From: a virus
Lineage: Duplodnaviria; Caudoviricetes
DNA length: 31,258 nucleotides
Reading direction: 5' to 3' (one strand)
IMG/VR virus record: IMGVR_UViG_3300017821_000121
Location: 1-31,258 of that record
Shown here: in pieces, positions 1 to 8,763 of the stretch
Layout of the letters: each line of letters begins with the position of its first letter
Numbering within the stretch: the stretch's first letter is position 1
Translations under genes and position numbers: made by a program
The notes under the pieces: generated by a model
The model's database searches: none
Seen by the model: only the letters and a program-made list of their open reading frames with translations
Told to the model about the DNA's origin: nothing

Positions 1-60
1 AGAGCCACTGCGTGCTCGCCGGCGTCACCCAGGTGACGCCGGCGAGCACGCAGTGGCTCT
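1..60. repeat. Perfect 29-bp inverted repeat with 2-nt spacer at contig start (probable fold-back artefact)
   Basis: 1-29 is the exact reverse complement of 32-60; similarity to the paralogous gene at 1276 begins only at base 29. Confidence 0.9.
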
Positions 61-141
61 TCACCGTGAACGAAACCGGCAATCCTATGCCGCTCGGCAC
101 CGGCCCGCAAACCTGCAGCGCGCAAATCACCATCAGCGGCG
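29..141 (+). repeat. Near-identical direct repeat of 1276-1388
   Basis: Direct alignment at offset 1247 with few substitutions. Confidence 0.9.
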
Positions 142-941
142 CGAGCCAGAGCGTTTCCAGTAGTTTTGCCGCGTGTCCTTCGCTCATCAATCTGGCCAGG
201 GGCGTGAATTTTGAAGTGGGTGGCACGCCAATATCTAATCAGACGGTCGTAAACTTCCAAGCCACTGGATCTCCGCCTGGACTCACGTGGGCTGTGACCA
301 ACCCCAGCGCCGGCAACGTGGATTACAGCCTGACTCCCACGGGCGGTTTGGCGCAAAACGAAGTGATGGCCACACCAGACGGATCCTCCGGCGCTTATAG
401 CCTTCGAGCGCTGGTGGGCAACGATCTTCCCGCCAGCACCAGCAACTGCAGCGGAAACAGTTTCGCGCAGGGTTTCAACGCCGGCTTCACGCCGATCTGC
501 AACACGCCTTCTTCCTTGACCGGCGTTTTGCTGTTTTCCGGCACCACGCTGGGCAGCGACGTTGCTGTTTCCGCCACCACTCCCACCACGGTGATGACGC
601 GCACGGTCACGATGCCGGCGAGCGGTTGCCCATGCCGCGCGTTTTTCAGCTATTCGCTGTACGTCAACACCGGCAGCAGCGGCGTGGGCTACAGCACCTG
701 GATCAACGACGGCACCAACAATATGGCCGGCGTGAACCAGGGCCAGTCCAACGCGTCGAGTGGCGCGCTCGCCAGCATGTCGTATGGAGGATTTAGCACC
801 GTCACGTATGCCAACAATGCCAACGTCACTTTCACGCTCACCACGGAAGGCGATCACACGTACACCGTGAAAGCCGCTTCCGTGGCGGCGGGCAGTGCGC
901 CGAATTCCAGTTTTGAGGTGGCCATCTTCACTAGCAATTAG
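29..941 (+). CDS. Spike/receptor-binding protein 1, 3' part (5' part at 31054-31258)
   Basis: QVTPASTQWLFTVNE...CP segment shared with 953-3505; Ser/Thr/Gly-rich beta protein with Cys pairs; frame compatible with the terminal fragment. Confidence 0.75.
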
Positions 942-952
942 AGGGTTGACGG

Positions 953-3505
953 ATGAAACGATTTCTCCTTCTCTGTGTTCTCTCTGCTCTCTCTGCCGGA
1001 TCCCTCTTCGCGCAAGTCACCACGGTGACCGGGCAGGTGCTCGACGTGAACGGCATTCCCTACGCCGGCGCGCAGGTCAAGGCGCAGCTCGTCACCACCG
1101 CGGGATCGCCGGTCACCGGCCAACCCACCGTCACCAACAATTCCGCGGCTTCCTGTAAACAAGCTGGCTTTGGCAGCGCGCCGTGCCAGATCCCGTTCCA
1201 GGGAACCTTTGGCCCGACGACGCTGGATAGCGCGGGAAAGATTCCTGCCGGCGGGATCCAGCTTCAGGACAACAGCCAGGTGACGCCGGCGAGCACGCAG
1301 TGGCTTTTCACCGTGAACGAGATCGGCAATCCTCTGCCGCTCGGCACCGGCCCGCAAACCTGCAGCGCGCAGATCACCATCAGCGGCGGCTCACAATCCG
1401 TCAGCTCTAGCTTTTCCGCCTGTCCCGCGCTCAGCAACTCAAATGGCGGCCTCACGCAAGCCGTAGGGCCAGTCATCAACGTCACAGCTTCCCCTTACAG
1501 TGCTTCGGCTTCATTGGCCGATAACGTTACGGCCTTTACTGCCGCTGCAACGGCGGCCAACGCAGCGTCACTTACGGCGGGCAATCCCACCTTTAAGCAG
1601 GCGGCAAATGCAAGTTGCCCGGCAGGTTGTGCCAGTCTGACTCCTACCATTCCGATTCTCCAAGGCGATTCTGTTCTGGTATTTATAATCGGGACCGCCC
1701 TCGGCAGGACAATCACGGTTTCCGACAGCGGAAGCAACGTATACAGCCTTGTCATAGTTCAATCGCTTTCCTCAAACTCAAACGCCAACATCATAGGCTA
1801 TGCCACAGCTCCGAGCGGTGCTGTCCCTGCAACCTCTATAACCGTTGCGGTAAGTGGCGCAAACGAGCAATTCGTGGTGCTGGTGATGACGGCAAGCAAT
1901 GTGGGGTCTTATCGCTTCCCCGTTCCACCCGTTCAGACGGGCACTGTGACTCCAGCAATCACCTCAACAACACTCGATACCAACAACATTTTAGTGGGAG
2001 TATCCGCCTGGTGGAAGGCTGCGGCAGATGCCGCTTCGCAAGCCTCGGGAACTTTGCAAACGACTGTTGCTTCTACGGCCAGCGCAGACGGAGCCTCTCT
2101 TGTTACGCAGGCTTCTGCAACTTCCGCTTCTTTGACTGATAGCGTTACTCTCGCCCTGCTCGCTGAAGCAGTTACGGTCGCGGTTGAACTCCGGAGCCGC
2201 ACCTTCGTGCTACCAACGCTGTACATCCCCTATGGGAACTACAACTATTCGGGGGGCTTGTCGCTGACTCAACCCTCAACATTGCTATGCGAACCCGGAA
2301 CGGTATTGAACTACATCGGGAGCGCCCATGCGGTCGATGTTGGCCCATCCACGCTGACCGTGAACACCCTTGAGGCGGCAACGCCTTACATCATTCAAGG
2401 CTGTCTCTTCACGGGTGGCGGGAAGATGACGCAGGGCATCTTTATTCAGCCTTGGATTTCTTATGTTGGCATCCGCTTTTGCACGTTCCACAATTTCGGG
2501 AATTCCACGGCCTATATGGTCTGGGGACAACTGGACAACTGGGACGTGGAGGTTGGCCCACAGAACCGATTCATCGTGGATGACCTTGTGCCCCGCAACC
2601 TGGTTCGTATGAATGGTGCAGGTGGTGGAGGGGACCAAGACAGTTATTTGCGCTTCCACGACAACATGACGGTTTGTTTTCCAGGGGCAGCCCCCGGCCT
2701 CACGGGGGGCTGTACAGCGGCGCAAACCGGCATCGGAATCTATACGGACGGTTCTCAAAACAGGGTTTACCACAACAACATGGCGCGATTTAATCCCAAT
2801 GTTTTATTGGGATGTTCGGCTCCACCTTGCTATGGAAACGAAGTGGGCTGGAATCAGTTCGAGACTGTTCAAACCGGTGCGGGATTGCCAGCCATCCAAT
2901 TTTCAGGGACTCAGTACGGAATAGTAATACATGAAAATTCCTCCAACCTCCACGGGCTAGCCATGTCCCTAATTGGTCCCGTTGGCGGATCGGACGCGCT
3001 CCAAGGAGCAAGAATAAACTTCAACACGACTGTGGGGATCCTGGCGGCAACTCCCTTGGTCGCATTGAACAATGTCGCCAATCAAACGGGGAACCAGTCC
3101 TCAAACAACCTCTGCGGTACTGCGGTAGCTGCGCTCGCTCCCTGTCCCATACCGCACACGACCGGAAGCAACATCAGTGCTTGGAACTTCAACATTGACG
3201 ATGCGCTGATGAATATCGGATCTCCTCCGACCGTAACTGGAACAGGGGCCTGCGCCACGGTCAGCACGCAAAAGGGCGGGAGCTTGGCTGGCTTGGTGAC
3301 CTGTACGGGCACTACGGGGGCGAGCACGTTGATTATCACCTTTGGGACCACGGCACCTAATGGCTGGAACTGCAGCGGCACGAAGGACGAAACGACTCCG
3401 GCAAACGTCCTGAATCAGACCTCGCACACCGCGACCTCGTGTACGCTGACCGCAAGCAGTATCACAGCCAATGACGTGATTCTTTTATCAGCCCTGGAAT
3501 TTTGA
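953..3505 (+). CDS. Spike/receptor-binding protein 2 with signal peptide and pectin-lyase-like beta-helix (putative depolymerase)
   Basis: GAGGG RBS; MKRFLLL...SLFA|Q signal; INV..PY.A...DN.TAF and TLYIPYGNY beta-helix cap motifs; Asn-rich repeats; Cys-rich C-terminal domain. Confidence 0.75.
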   Translation: MKRFLLLCVLSALSAGSLFAQVTTVTGQVLDVNGIPYAGAQVKAQLVTTAGSPVTGQPTVTNNSAASCKQAGFGSAPCQIPFQGTFGPTTLDSAGKIPAGGIQLQDNSQVTPASTQWLFTVNEIGNPLPLGTGPQTCSAQITISGGSQSVSSSFSACPALSNSNGGLTQAVGPVINVTASPYSASASLADNVTAFTAAATAANAASLTAGNPTFKQAANASCPAGCASLTPTIPILQGDSVLVFIIGTALGRTITVSDSGSNVYSLVIVQSLSSNSNANIIGYATAPSGAVPATSITVAVSGANEQFVVLVMTASNVGSYRFPVPPVQTGTVTPAITSTTLDTNNILVGVSAWWKAAADAASQASGTLQTTVASTASADGASLVTQASATSASLTDSVTLALLAEAVTVAVELRSRTFVLPTLYIPYGNYNYSGGLSLTQPSTLLCEPGTVLNYIGSAHAVDVGPSTLTVNTLEAATPYIIQGCLFTGGGKMTQGIFIQPWISYVGIRFCTFHNFGNSTAYMVWGQLDNWDVEVGPQNRFIVDDLVPRNLVRMNGAGGGGDQDSYLRFHDNMTVCFPGAAPGLTGGCTAAQTGIGIYTDGSQNRVYHNNMARFNPNVLLGCSAPPCYGNEVGWNQFETVQTGAGLPAIQFSGTQYGIVIHENSSNLHGLAMSLIGPVGGSDALQGARINFNTTVGILAATPLVALNNVANQTGNQSSNNLCGTAVAALAPCPIPHTTGSNISAWNFNIDDALMNIGSPPTVTGTGACATVSTQKGGSLAGLVTCTGTTGASTLIITFGTTAPNGWNCSGTKDETTPANVLNQTSHTATSCTLTASSITANDVILLSALEF

Positions 3506-3524
3506 TGGATAAGGAGGCAACACA

Positions 3525-3980
3525 GTGAAAGGCAAAATCGCATTGGGGCTTTTGGTTATCTGCTTGACGCTCGGCTTTCCGCCGCGCATTTTCGCGCAGA
3601 CTGGGACACCGCATGGCATCACCACGAAGTTCAACGCGCCTTCTCCCGTGGGCGGTAGCGGGACGCTGCAGGGGTTTTATCTCTTCCGCTGCGTTGGCAC
3701 GGCTTCGACTTGCACATTGACGGCAGGAACGTGGACGGCTGTCGGCGGCCTGCTGCCCCCCAACGTGTTCAGCGGAGTCAACTGCACCGGCTACACGAAT
3801 TGCTACTTGGATCCGGCCGCGGGATTGGCGGTGAACACGAGCTACGTCTACGCAGTGGCGGCCGTCGATTCGAATGGCAGCCAAAGCTCTTGGGATTTGG
3901 CAGCGGCTCCCGCCGTGGTGGGAGCGAGTTTCCCGACGAATCCGAACGCCCCGAGCGGCTGCAATTCGACGGTGAACTGA
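3525..3980 (+). CDS. Secreted fibronectin type III-like protein
   Basis: AAGGAGG RBS; signal peptide ending RIFA|Q; FN3-like YLD..L..NTSYVYAVAAVDSNG.QS motif. Confidence 0.7.
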   Translation: MKGKIALGLLVICLTLGFPPRIFAQTGTPHGITTKFNAPSPVGGSGTLQGFYLFRCVGTASTCTLTAGTWTAVGGLLPPNVFSGVNCTGYTNCYLDPAAGLAVNTSYVYAVAAVDSNGSQSSWDLAAAPAVVGASFPTNPNAPSGCNSTVN

Positions 3981-4076
3981 TCTCCGGCCCGGCCGATTCT
4001 CTGCCCGGTGGGGTTGGGGAAGCGGAAGCAGGTAGCTAGACTCACGGCCTGCGGGCCGGACCGTTTGTGCTGGGCA

Positions 4077-4105
4077 TTGACAGAAAAAGCAGCACACTCT
4101 ACCGT
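4077..4105 (+). promoter_or_regulatory. sigma70-type promoter
   Basis: TTGACA-17 bp-TACCGT upstream of the AGGAG RBS of 4134. Confidence 0.55.
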
Positions 4106-4133
4106 GAACCGCGAAAAGGAGTGATTCCTCACC

Positions 4134-4439
4134 ATGCCCATCATACTGCTCAGCTTCAAAAAAACCACCAGCGGCCGGATCATGTTTCACGGCTTTCTGG
4201 CGCCCAACGAACGCGACGCGGAAAAAGAACTGGAAGGACACGCCGCAATCTGCCCGCAGTTCGGCCCCGCGCACCGCGCCGGCCAAACCATCGATCAGGC
4301 CATCGAGATCGACGAGCTGCCGGAGTTCGACGAAGATTCCATCGCTGAATTTTGCGACGATCTGTTCGGCCTTGAAGGCGAGGACGAAGAGGAAGTGGAC
4401 GGGGAAGAGGACGGCGAAGAGGACGATGACGAGGACTAA
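4134..4439 (+). CDS. Hypothetical protein with highly acidic C-terminal tail
   Basis: AGGAG RBS; ends EGEDEEEVDGEEDGEEDDDED. Confidence 0.75.
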   Translation: MPIILLSFKKTTSGRIMFHGFLAPNERDAEKELEGHAAICPQFGPAHRAGQTIDQAIEIDELPEFDEDSIAEFCDDLFGLEGEDEEEVDGEEDGEEDDDED

Positions 4440-4661
4440 ATGACCCATGACACCCTGGCGCTGATCGTCACGATTCTGTTCGCTTTGCTCTCTTTCCTGG
4501 CAAGTATCGCGTATGAGGACATTCGAAGGCACCTTCGGAAAGTGGAAACGAATCACCGCCTGCTGCTCACGGTGGTCTACCATTTGGCGACTGGCACGGA
4601 AATTCCGGAGGCGGTGAAGAAAAAGTTGGAACTGGAGATGGTGAACGGCAAAAAAGAATGA
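4440..4661 (+). CDS. Small single-TM membrane protein
   Basis: N-terminal hydrophobic helix; abuts 4439 and has an ATGA overlap with 4658. Confidence 0.7.
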   Translation: MTHDTLALIVTILFALLSFLASIAYEDIRRHLRKVETNHRLLLTVVYHLATGTEIPEAVKKKLELEMVNGKKE

Positions 4662-5224
4662 AACGCCAGCGGCCCAATCCGGTGTTTGTGCGTGCTCGCG
4701 GCGCTTGGGGCAGGAAAAGCCTGGGCGCGCTGGGCGACGCCATCGATTACGGCACGCTGCAGCAGCTCGCCAGCAATGCCGGCTTCAGCGGCTCGGACGC
4801 GAACGTGGCCGCGGCGATCGCGCTGGCGGAAAGCAGCGGCAATCCCGGCGCGTACAATGCCGAACCGCAGAAGGGCACGCCGGCCGGCCAGGGCTCTTAC
4901 GGGCTCTGGCAAATTTATTTGGCGAAGCATCCGGAGTTCAACGGGCAGAACCTCTACGATCCGCAGACCAACGCGAACGCGGCGTACCAGGTCTATCTCC
5001 AGCAAGGGTTCGCGGCGTGGACCACGTTCACCAACGGCCGCTACATGGCCTATTTGCAAGCCGCGCCGGCGCTCCTAACCATCGATGCTTCCACCGGCCA
5101 GCCGATCGAGGACTCCACAGCCACCCCTGCAAATGTTGTGGGAATGCCCAGCTCGGGGCAAATGTTGGTGTTGACGGCGATGGCCGCGGGACTCTACTTT
5201 CTCGCTGACAGTCTCGCGGACTAA
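4658..5224 (+). CDS. Membrane-anchored lysozyme-like/lytic transglycosylase (probable virion entry enzyme)
   Basis: AIALAESSGN catalytic Glu, SYGLWQI, LYDP..NA motifs; C-terminal TM helix; basic leader ending SLGALG. Confidence 0.85.
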   Translation: MKRQRPNPVFVRARGAWGRKSLGALGDAIDYGTLQQLASNAGFSGSDANVAAAIALAESSGNPGAYNAEPQKGTPAGQGSYGLWQIYLAKHPEFNGQNLYDPQTNANAAYQVYLQQGFAAWTTFTNGRYMAYLQAAPALLTIDASTGQPIEDSTATPANVVGMPSSGQMLVLTAMAAGLYFLADSLAD

Positions 5225-5227
5225 AAA

Positions 5228-5491
5228 ATGCCCAAAGCGATTGAGTTCACGATCATCGATCCCAACACCAGCAAACGCCATAAAGCCTGCTACGACTCCA
5301 ACATCATCACCGGCGTCCAGGAGTACCGCTTTGAGGGTGGAATGCGCGCGCAGATCCTGATCGCGGGAATTCAGGGGTTGCTGCTCGACGAAGACTACGC
5401 TTCGTTTCGCAGCCGTTGGTTGGAGGCGCGCGACGGTTTGGAAGTGGTGCCCCTCGGGCTGCCGGCGCCGAAACTGCACACCGTGAGCTAA
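5228..5491 (+). CDS. Hypothetical protein
   Basis: Tightly packed ORF with protein-like composition. Confidence 0.65.
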   Translation: MPKAIEFTIIDPNTSKRHKACYDSNIITGVQEYRFEGGMRAQILIAGIQGLLLDEDYASFRSRWLEARDGLEVVPLGLPAPKLHTVS

Positions 5492-5494
5492 CCT

Positions 5495-5707
5495 GTGTTC
5501 TCCCTCTTTCCAAAAAAAACCGCAGAGCGCAGCGAAATGACGCGCCTGGTGCAAGAGCAGGAAGAATGGCAGCGGCAGCGCGCGGACCGGCGAATGTGGG
5601 CCATCGAGCAGGCGAATTTTACCTGCGCAGATGGTTCCGTGGACGATGTGATGCGCGCCGCCCGGCGATTCTATCGCGAAGCCTTTAACGAGGAGTGGAG
5701 CGAATGA
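5495..5707 (+). CDS. Hypothetical protein
   Basis: GTG start; ATGA overlap with next gene. Confidence 0.6.
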   Translation: MFSLFPKKTAERSEMTRLVQEQEEWQRQRADRRMWAIEQANFTCADGSVDDVMRAARRFYREAFNEEWSE

Positions 5708-5952
5708 GCAGCTTTCATGGAAAGAAGTGCGATTGGTGTGGAGCTGAAGAACGCGAACCATCACCGCAGGAGGAAACTGCGATGTTGGCCAGAGCTGATC
5801 AACAGCCTCCGCCGCCGACTTGGTTGACTCTTTTTGGTCCCGTCGATTTTTCGGATCTTTGTCCGAGCTGCGCACGTGTGGCGATCCTCGGGATGAAACA
5901 TGCCAAAGTGATCCGCGCGCTAATCATGGATCATCAGGAAAGAAGCACATGA
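5704..5952 (+). CDS. Zn-finger hypothetical protein
   Basis: CDWC...CPSC; ATGA overlaps at both ends. Confidence 0.65.
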   Translation: MSSFHGKKCDWCGAEEREPSPQEETAMLARADQQPPPPTWLTLFGPVDFSDLCPSCARVAILGMKHAKVIRALIMDHQERST

Positions 5953-6515
5953 CCGACCAGGAGCTGATGCAATCCATCAAGACGAAGTGGGGCGAGCTGC
6001 TGGATACCACGTGCAAAACTTCCAGCGTCCCGCCGGCGTTTCTCGCGGCCTTGATCGCCAACGAATCCGGCGGCAACCCGGACGCCAAACGTTTCGAGCC
6101 CGCGGTGATGACGCAACTTTTCGCGGTGCTGCTGAACCGCAAAGCGGCCTACGGCTCGATCGGCCGCTCGGACATCATCGCCTATGCCGCGCAAGTGGCC
6201 TCCACGCTGAACATGCAGCTCATTGTGGCGCTCGATCAGCTCTCGACGTCGTGGGGCCTGGTGCAAATCATGGGCTACGAAGCGATCAGCTATCGCACCA
6301 ACGGCGTGGCCGCGCTGACGCAACCCACTTCGGAAATGGTGATCGCGCTGCGCATGCTGGCGGCGTTTGCGGCGCACAATTCGCTGTGGCTGGCCAAGGA
6401 TTTTTCCCAGCTCTTCGATTGCTGGAACACCGGCCGGCCGCACTCGCCCACCGCGGATCCCAACTACATTCCCAACGGCCTGCGCCGCATGGAGCTGTAC
6501 CAGGCGCTGCCGTGA
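5949..6515 (+). CDS. Endolysin, lysozyme-like fold (SLT/N-acetylmuramidase type)
   Basis: LAALIANESGG catalytic Glu, RFEP, STSWGLVQIMG, WN.G..Y motifs; ATG at 5949. Confidence 0.85.
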   Translation: MTDQELMQSIKTKWGELLDTTCKTSSVPPAFLAALIANESGGNPDAKRFEPAVMTQLFAVLLNRKAAYGSIGRSDIIAYAAQVASTLNMQLIVALDQLSTSWGLVQIMGYEAISYRTNGVAALTQPTSEMVIALRMLAAFAAHNSLWLAKDFSQLFDCWNTGRPHSPTADPNYIPNGLRRMELYQALP

Positions 6516-6694
6516 GCGCCAACGTGCAGATGGTCTGCGACGCGCTCGACGAATGCGGCCGCACCGTGGTGTTTGTTTTCCTGGTGGCTGGCGGCATCAC
6601 CCTGATCGTTTGCACCGGCGCGCTTTTCCTGGGACTAGCGATCCGCTACACGGTGCGCAGGCTGGTGCAGCGCTTCGCCGAGCGGCGGATTTGA
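6512..6694 (+). CDS. Small membrane protein
   Basis: GTGA overlap with endolysin stop; long hydrophobic segment then basic tail. Confidence 0.6.
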   Translation: MSANVQMVCDALDECGRTVVFVFLVAGGITLIVCTGALFLGLAIRYTVRRLVQRFAERRI

Positions 6695-6709
6695 AAGGGA
6701 GTTATATAG

Positions 6710-7012
6710 ATGGTTCCCGGGCCTGATTTGAGACAGTGCGATTGGCCGGATGGCAAAGGCGGCAAGTGTAAACACTGGGCCACGAATCGACTCAGCAACG
6801 GATTCGCTTACTGTCTGAGACACTTCCTCGCCGTGCAGGAGTTGCGAAGCTGGCTATGCAGACGCAAATGCCCCGATCTTTCGCACTGTAAATCGTTGGT
6901 TCCTGCGCGGTGCAAATATATTGGCCCGAAACCCGCTCGCAAACACAGAAGTAGGTGGCCACGATTCACCATTGTTATGAGAGAAAGAGCGCAGGGGAAA
7001 ATGTTGGTCTAG
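6710..7012 (+). CDS. Cys-rich basic hypothetical protein
   Basis: AAAGGGAG RBS; C..C..C..H pattern. Confidence 0.5.
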   Translation: MVPGPDLRQCDWPDGKGGKCKHWATNRLSNGFAYCLRHFLAVQELRSWLCRRKCPDLSHCKSLVPARCKYIGPKPARKHRSRWPRFTIVMRERAQGKMLV

Positions 7013-7048
7013 ATTTTCGCGGGACGCTGTGCTTAGGATGCGAAAGCC

Positions 7049-7330
7049 ATGAAGGACAACTGGTTCAATCACAACACCGACAAGTTGCTGCTGTATTCCC
7101 TGGTGATCCTCGGCGGCGTTTTTATGATGCACGTGATCCATCACGGCGGCTCGGACGCGCAACTGCTGACCTGGCTGGAAAACGCGTTCTCCACGGTGCT
7201 TGGCGCGCTAATCCTGATCCTCACCGGCCGCATCGCCCGCGCCGGCAACGGCAGCACCAACGGCACGCCGCCACCGCCGCCAGGTCCGGACACTTTGAAC
7301 GTTACGCTGACGCCGGAGGACAAAAAATAA
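7049..7330 (+). CDS. Holin-like two-TM protein
   Basis: Two TM helices near the endolysin; Pro-rich C-terminal tail. Confidence 0.65.
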   Translation: MKDNWFNHNTDKLLLYSLVILGGVFMMHVIHHGGSDAQLLTWLENAFSTVLGALILILTGRIARAGNGSTNGTPPPPPGPDTLNVTLTPEDKK

Positions 7331-7468
7331 GTGGCGCGCCATCGGCTCACCAGGGAAGAACAGATCCGGGGATTAGAAAAGGCGCTGGCGAATCCGAAGA
7401 CCCCGAAACAGTTTCTGCCCGCGATGCGGGAGAGGTTGCAACAGTTGAAAAGGAGAACTACCCCATGA
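7331..7468 (+). CDS. Small basic protein, 45 aa (not in ORF track)
   Basis: GGAGG upstream, GTG start, MARHRLTREEQIRGLEKALANPKTP...; ATGA overlap with 7465. Confidence 0.6.
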   Translation: MARHRLTREEQIRGLEKALANPKTPKQFLPAMRERLQQLKRRTTP

Positions 7469-7878
7469 GACGCCGAGGATTTCTGAATTCGTTGCTGTCG
7501 TTTGTCGCGTTTTTCTGCGGCTTAGGCGGTCTGCTGCTGCTGGCTGGCTGCACGCCGCCGGAGAAAGCCGCGTATGAAGCGATCGTGTCGTCCAACGCGT
7601 TCCTGAAAAGCGTGAAAACGCAGCACCCGGAATGCACCACAGCGGTGCCGGCAGCTACGCAAGTGTGCGCGCTTTTGAAGCAGGCCACGGCCGCGAAGGA
7701 CACGTTGATCGACGCCACGGAGGAGTACTGTGCCGGACCCACGTTCAACAATGGCGGCGCGTGCAATCCGCCGGCAAAAGGAACGCCCGCGGCCACGCAA
7801 GCGCTCGCAAAACTGCAAGCCGCGCTGACGAGCTACGACCAGACGGCCGCAGACCTGAAAGGCGCGCTCGGGAAGTGA
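7465..7878 (+). CDS. Lipoprotein with twin-arginine-like signal (spanin candidate)
   Basis: AAGGAG RBS; MRRRGFL, hydrophobic core, LAGC lipobox; helical mature part with 4 more Cys. Confidence 0.75.
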   Translation: MRRRGFLNSLLSFVAFFCGLGGLLLLAGCTPPEKAAYEAIVSSNAFLKSVKTQHPECTTAVPAATQVCALLKQATAAKDTLIDATEEYCAGPTFNNGGACNPPAKGTPAATQALAKLQAALTSYDQTAADLKGALGK

Positions 7879-8255
7879 AACTGTATAGCGTCCATTTCGA
7901 AGTCTCCATCCGCGAGATCGGCCCGCTGGAAGAGCCGGAGCCGACGCCGGAAACAATTCCGCTCACGGAGGGAATTTCCAAAGATTCCCCGCTCCACGAC
8001 GCAGCGGAGCTTTTCGAACGCATGCAGGCGAAAGGCATGTTTCCCGGCCCAATGCCATATCTACGCCGCCGCCGTAGAGGAGCGCTCGCCCTTGGTCCCG
8101 GTGACGTTCTTTCCACTGGCGATGGGATGTCGATCAATGAAACGGTGGAGACGACTGCCGATAGCTTCGAAGAGCTGCAGGGCATCCTGGCAAAGTTTCA
8201 TGCCATTGCGGCCGCGCTGTCCACGGACGCGCAGCTCGACAAACTCGCAAGATGA
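7875..8255 (+). CDS. Hypothetical protein
   Basis: GTGA overlap with the lipoprotein stop. Confidence 0.65.
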   Translation: MKLYSVHFEVSIREIGPLEEPEPTPETIPLTEGISKDSPLHDAAELFERMQAKGMFPGPMPYLRRRRRGALALGPGDVLSTGDGMSINETVETTADSFEELQGILAKFHAIAAALSTDAQLDKLAR

Positions 8256-8282
8256 GATCCCAACTACACACGTGAGCAGTAA

Positions 8283-8435
8283 CCGCGATTGGAGGCGGGC
8301 AGCAGTTCTCGAAAAACGCAGTAGTCGGTTGCAGTCCGATGCGGGACCCCACTGTGACGAAAGTCCGTTGGCAACATCGCTAGGGACCGGCGAAGGGAAA
8401 GTGCGGAACTTCGGGATGCTCGCCTCTGGCCGCGG
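8283..8435 (+). ncRNA. Putative structured RNA or cis-element
   Basis: 8283-8301 pairs with 8417-8435 (19 positions, four G-U, one mismatch); internal GAC-GAAA-GTC and GTCGG/CCGAT hairpins; intergenic. Confidence 0.45.
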
Positions 8436-8461
8436 CAAAAGAGAATTTTCCTGGAGGACAC

Positions 8462-8632
8462 ATGGTCAGTCTATTGGACATCGGGTTTGGGTTGGTGGAG
8501 ATGGTGCTGCAGAAGTACAACCAGAAGCTGCCGGCGGAGCTGGTGACCGCGGGACAAGCTGCGGTGGACGCCTGGGCCGCGCACCGCGATGACGTGGTGA
8601 GCAAGGCCAACCTGGAAGCGCAGCGCGGCTAG
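8462..8632 (+). CDS. Small amphipathic protein, 56 aa (not in ORF track)
   Basis: GGAGG RBS; MVSLLDIGFGLVEMVLQKY...EAQRG. Confidence 0.7.
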   Translation: MVSLLDIGFGLVEMVLQKYNQKLPAELVTAGQAAVDAWAAHRDDVVSKANLEAQRG

Positions 8633-8763
8633 CTCGCGTGGGACGCAAGAAACACAAACATCGCGCGGCGGACCGGCTGACGGTTTTCTTCGAGCGCGAG
8701 CGGCGAACTTCCAAATGCGTGGAGAGAGTCAGTCACAAATCTAAACGAAGGAGAATTTTTCCG

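Noticed and set aside
1-60. Covalently closed hairpin telomere
   Set aside because: The palindrome falls mid-gene at an assembly break within a repeat, and no protelomerase is seen; a fold-back read artefact is more likely
29-1388. Diversity-generating retroelement template/variable repeat pair
   Set aside because: No reverse transcriptase; differences are not adenine-specific and lie in N-terminal domains
3983-4060. SRP (4.5S) RNA, suggested by GGAAGCAG inside a stem
   Set aside because: Lacks the matching CAGG-stem-GNRA of SRP domain IV
8320-8351. tRNA gene (T-arm-like hairpin followed by CCA)
   Set aside because: No matching 5' acceptor strand or anticodon arm; kept only as part of a putative structured RNA
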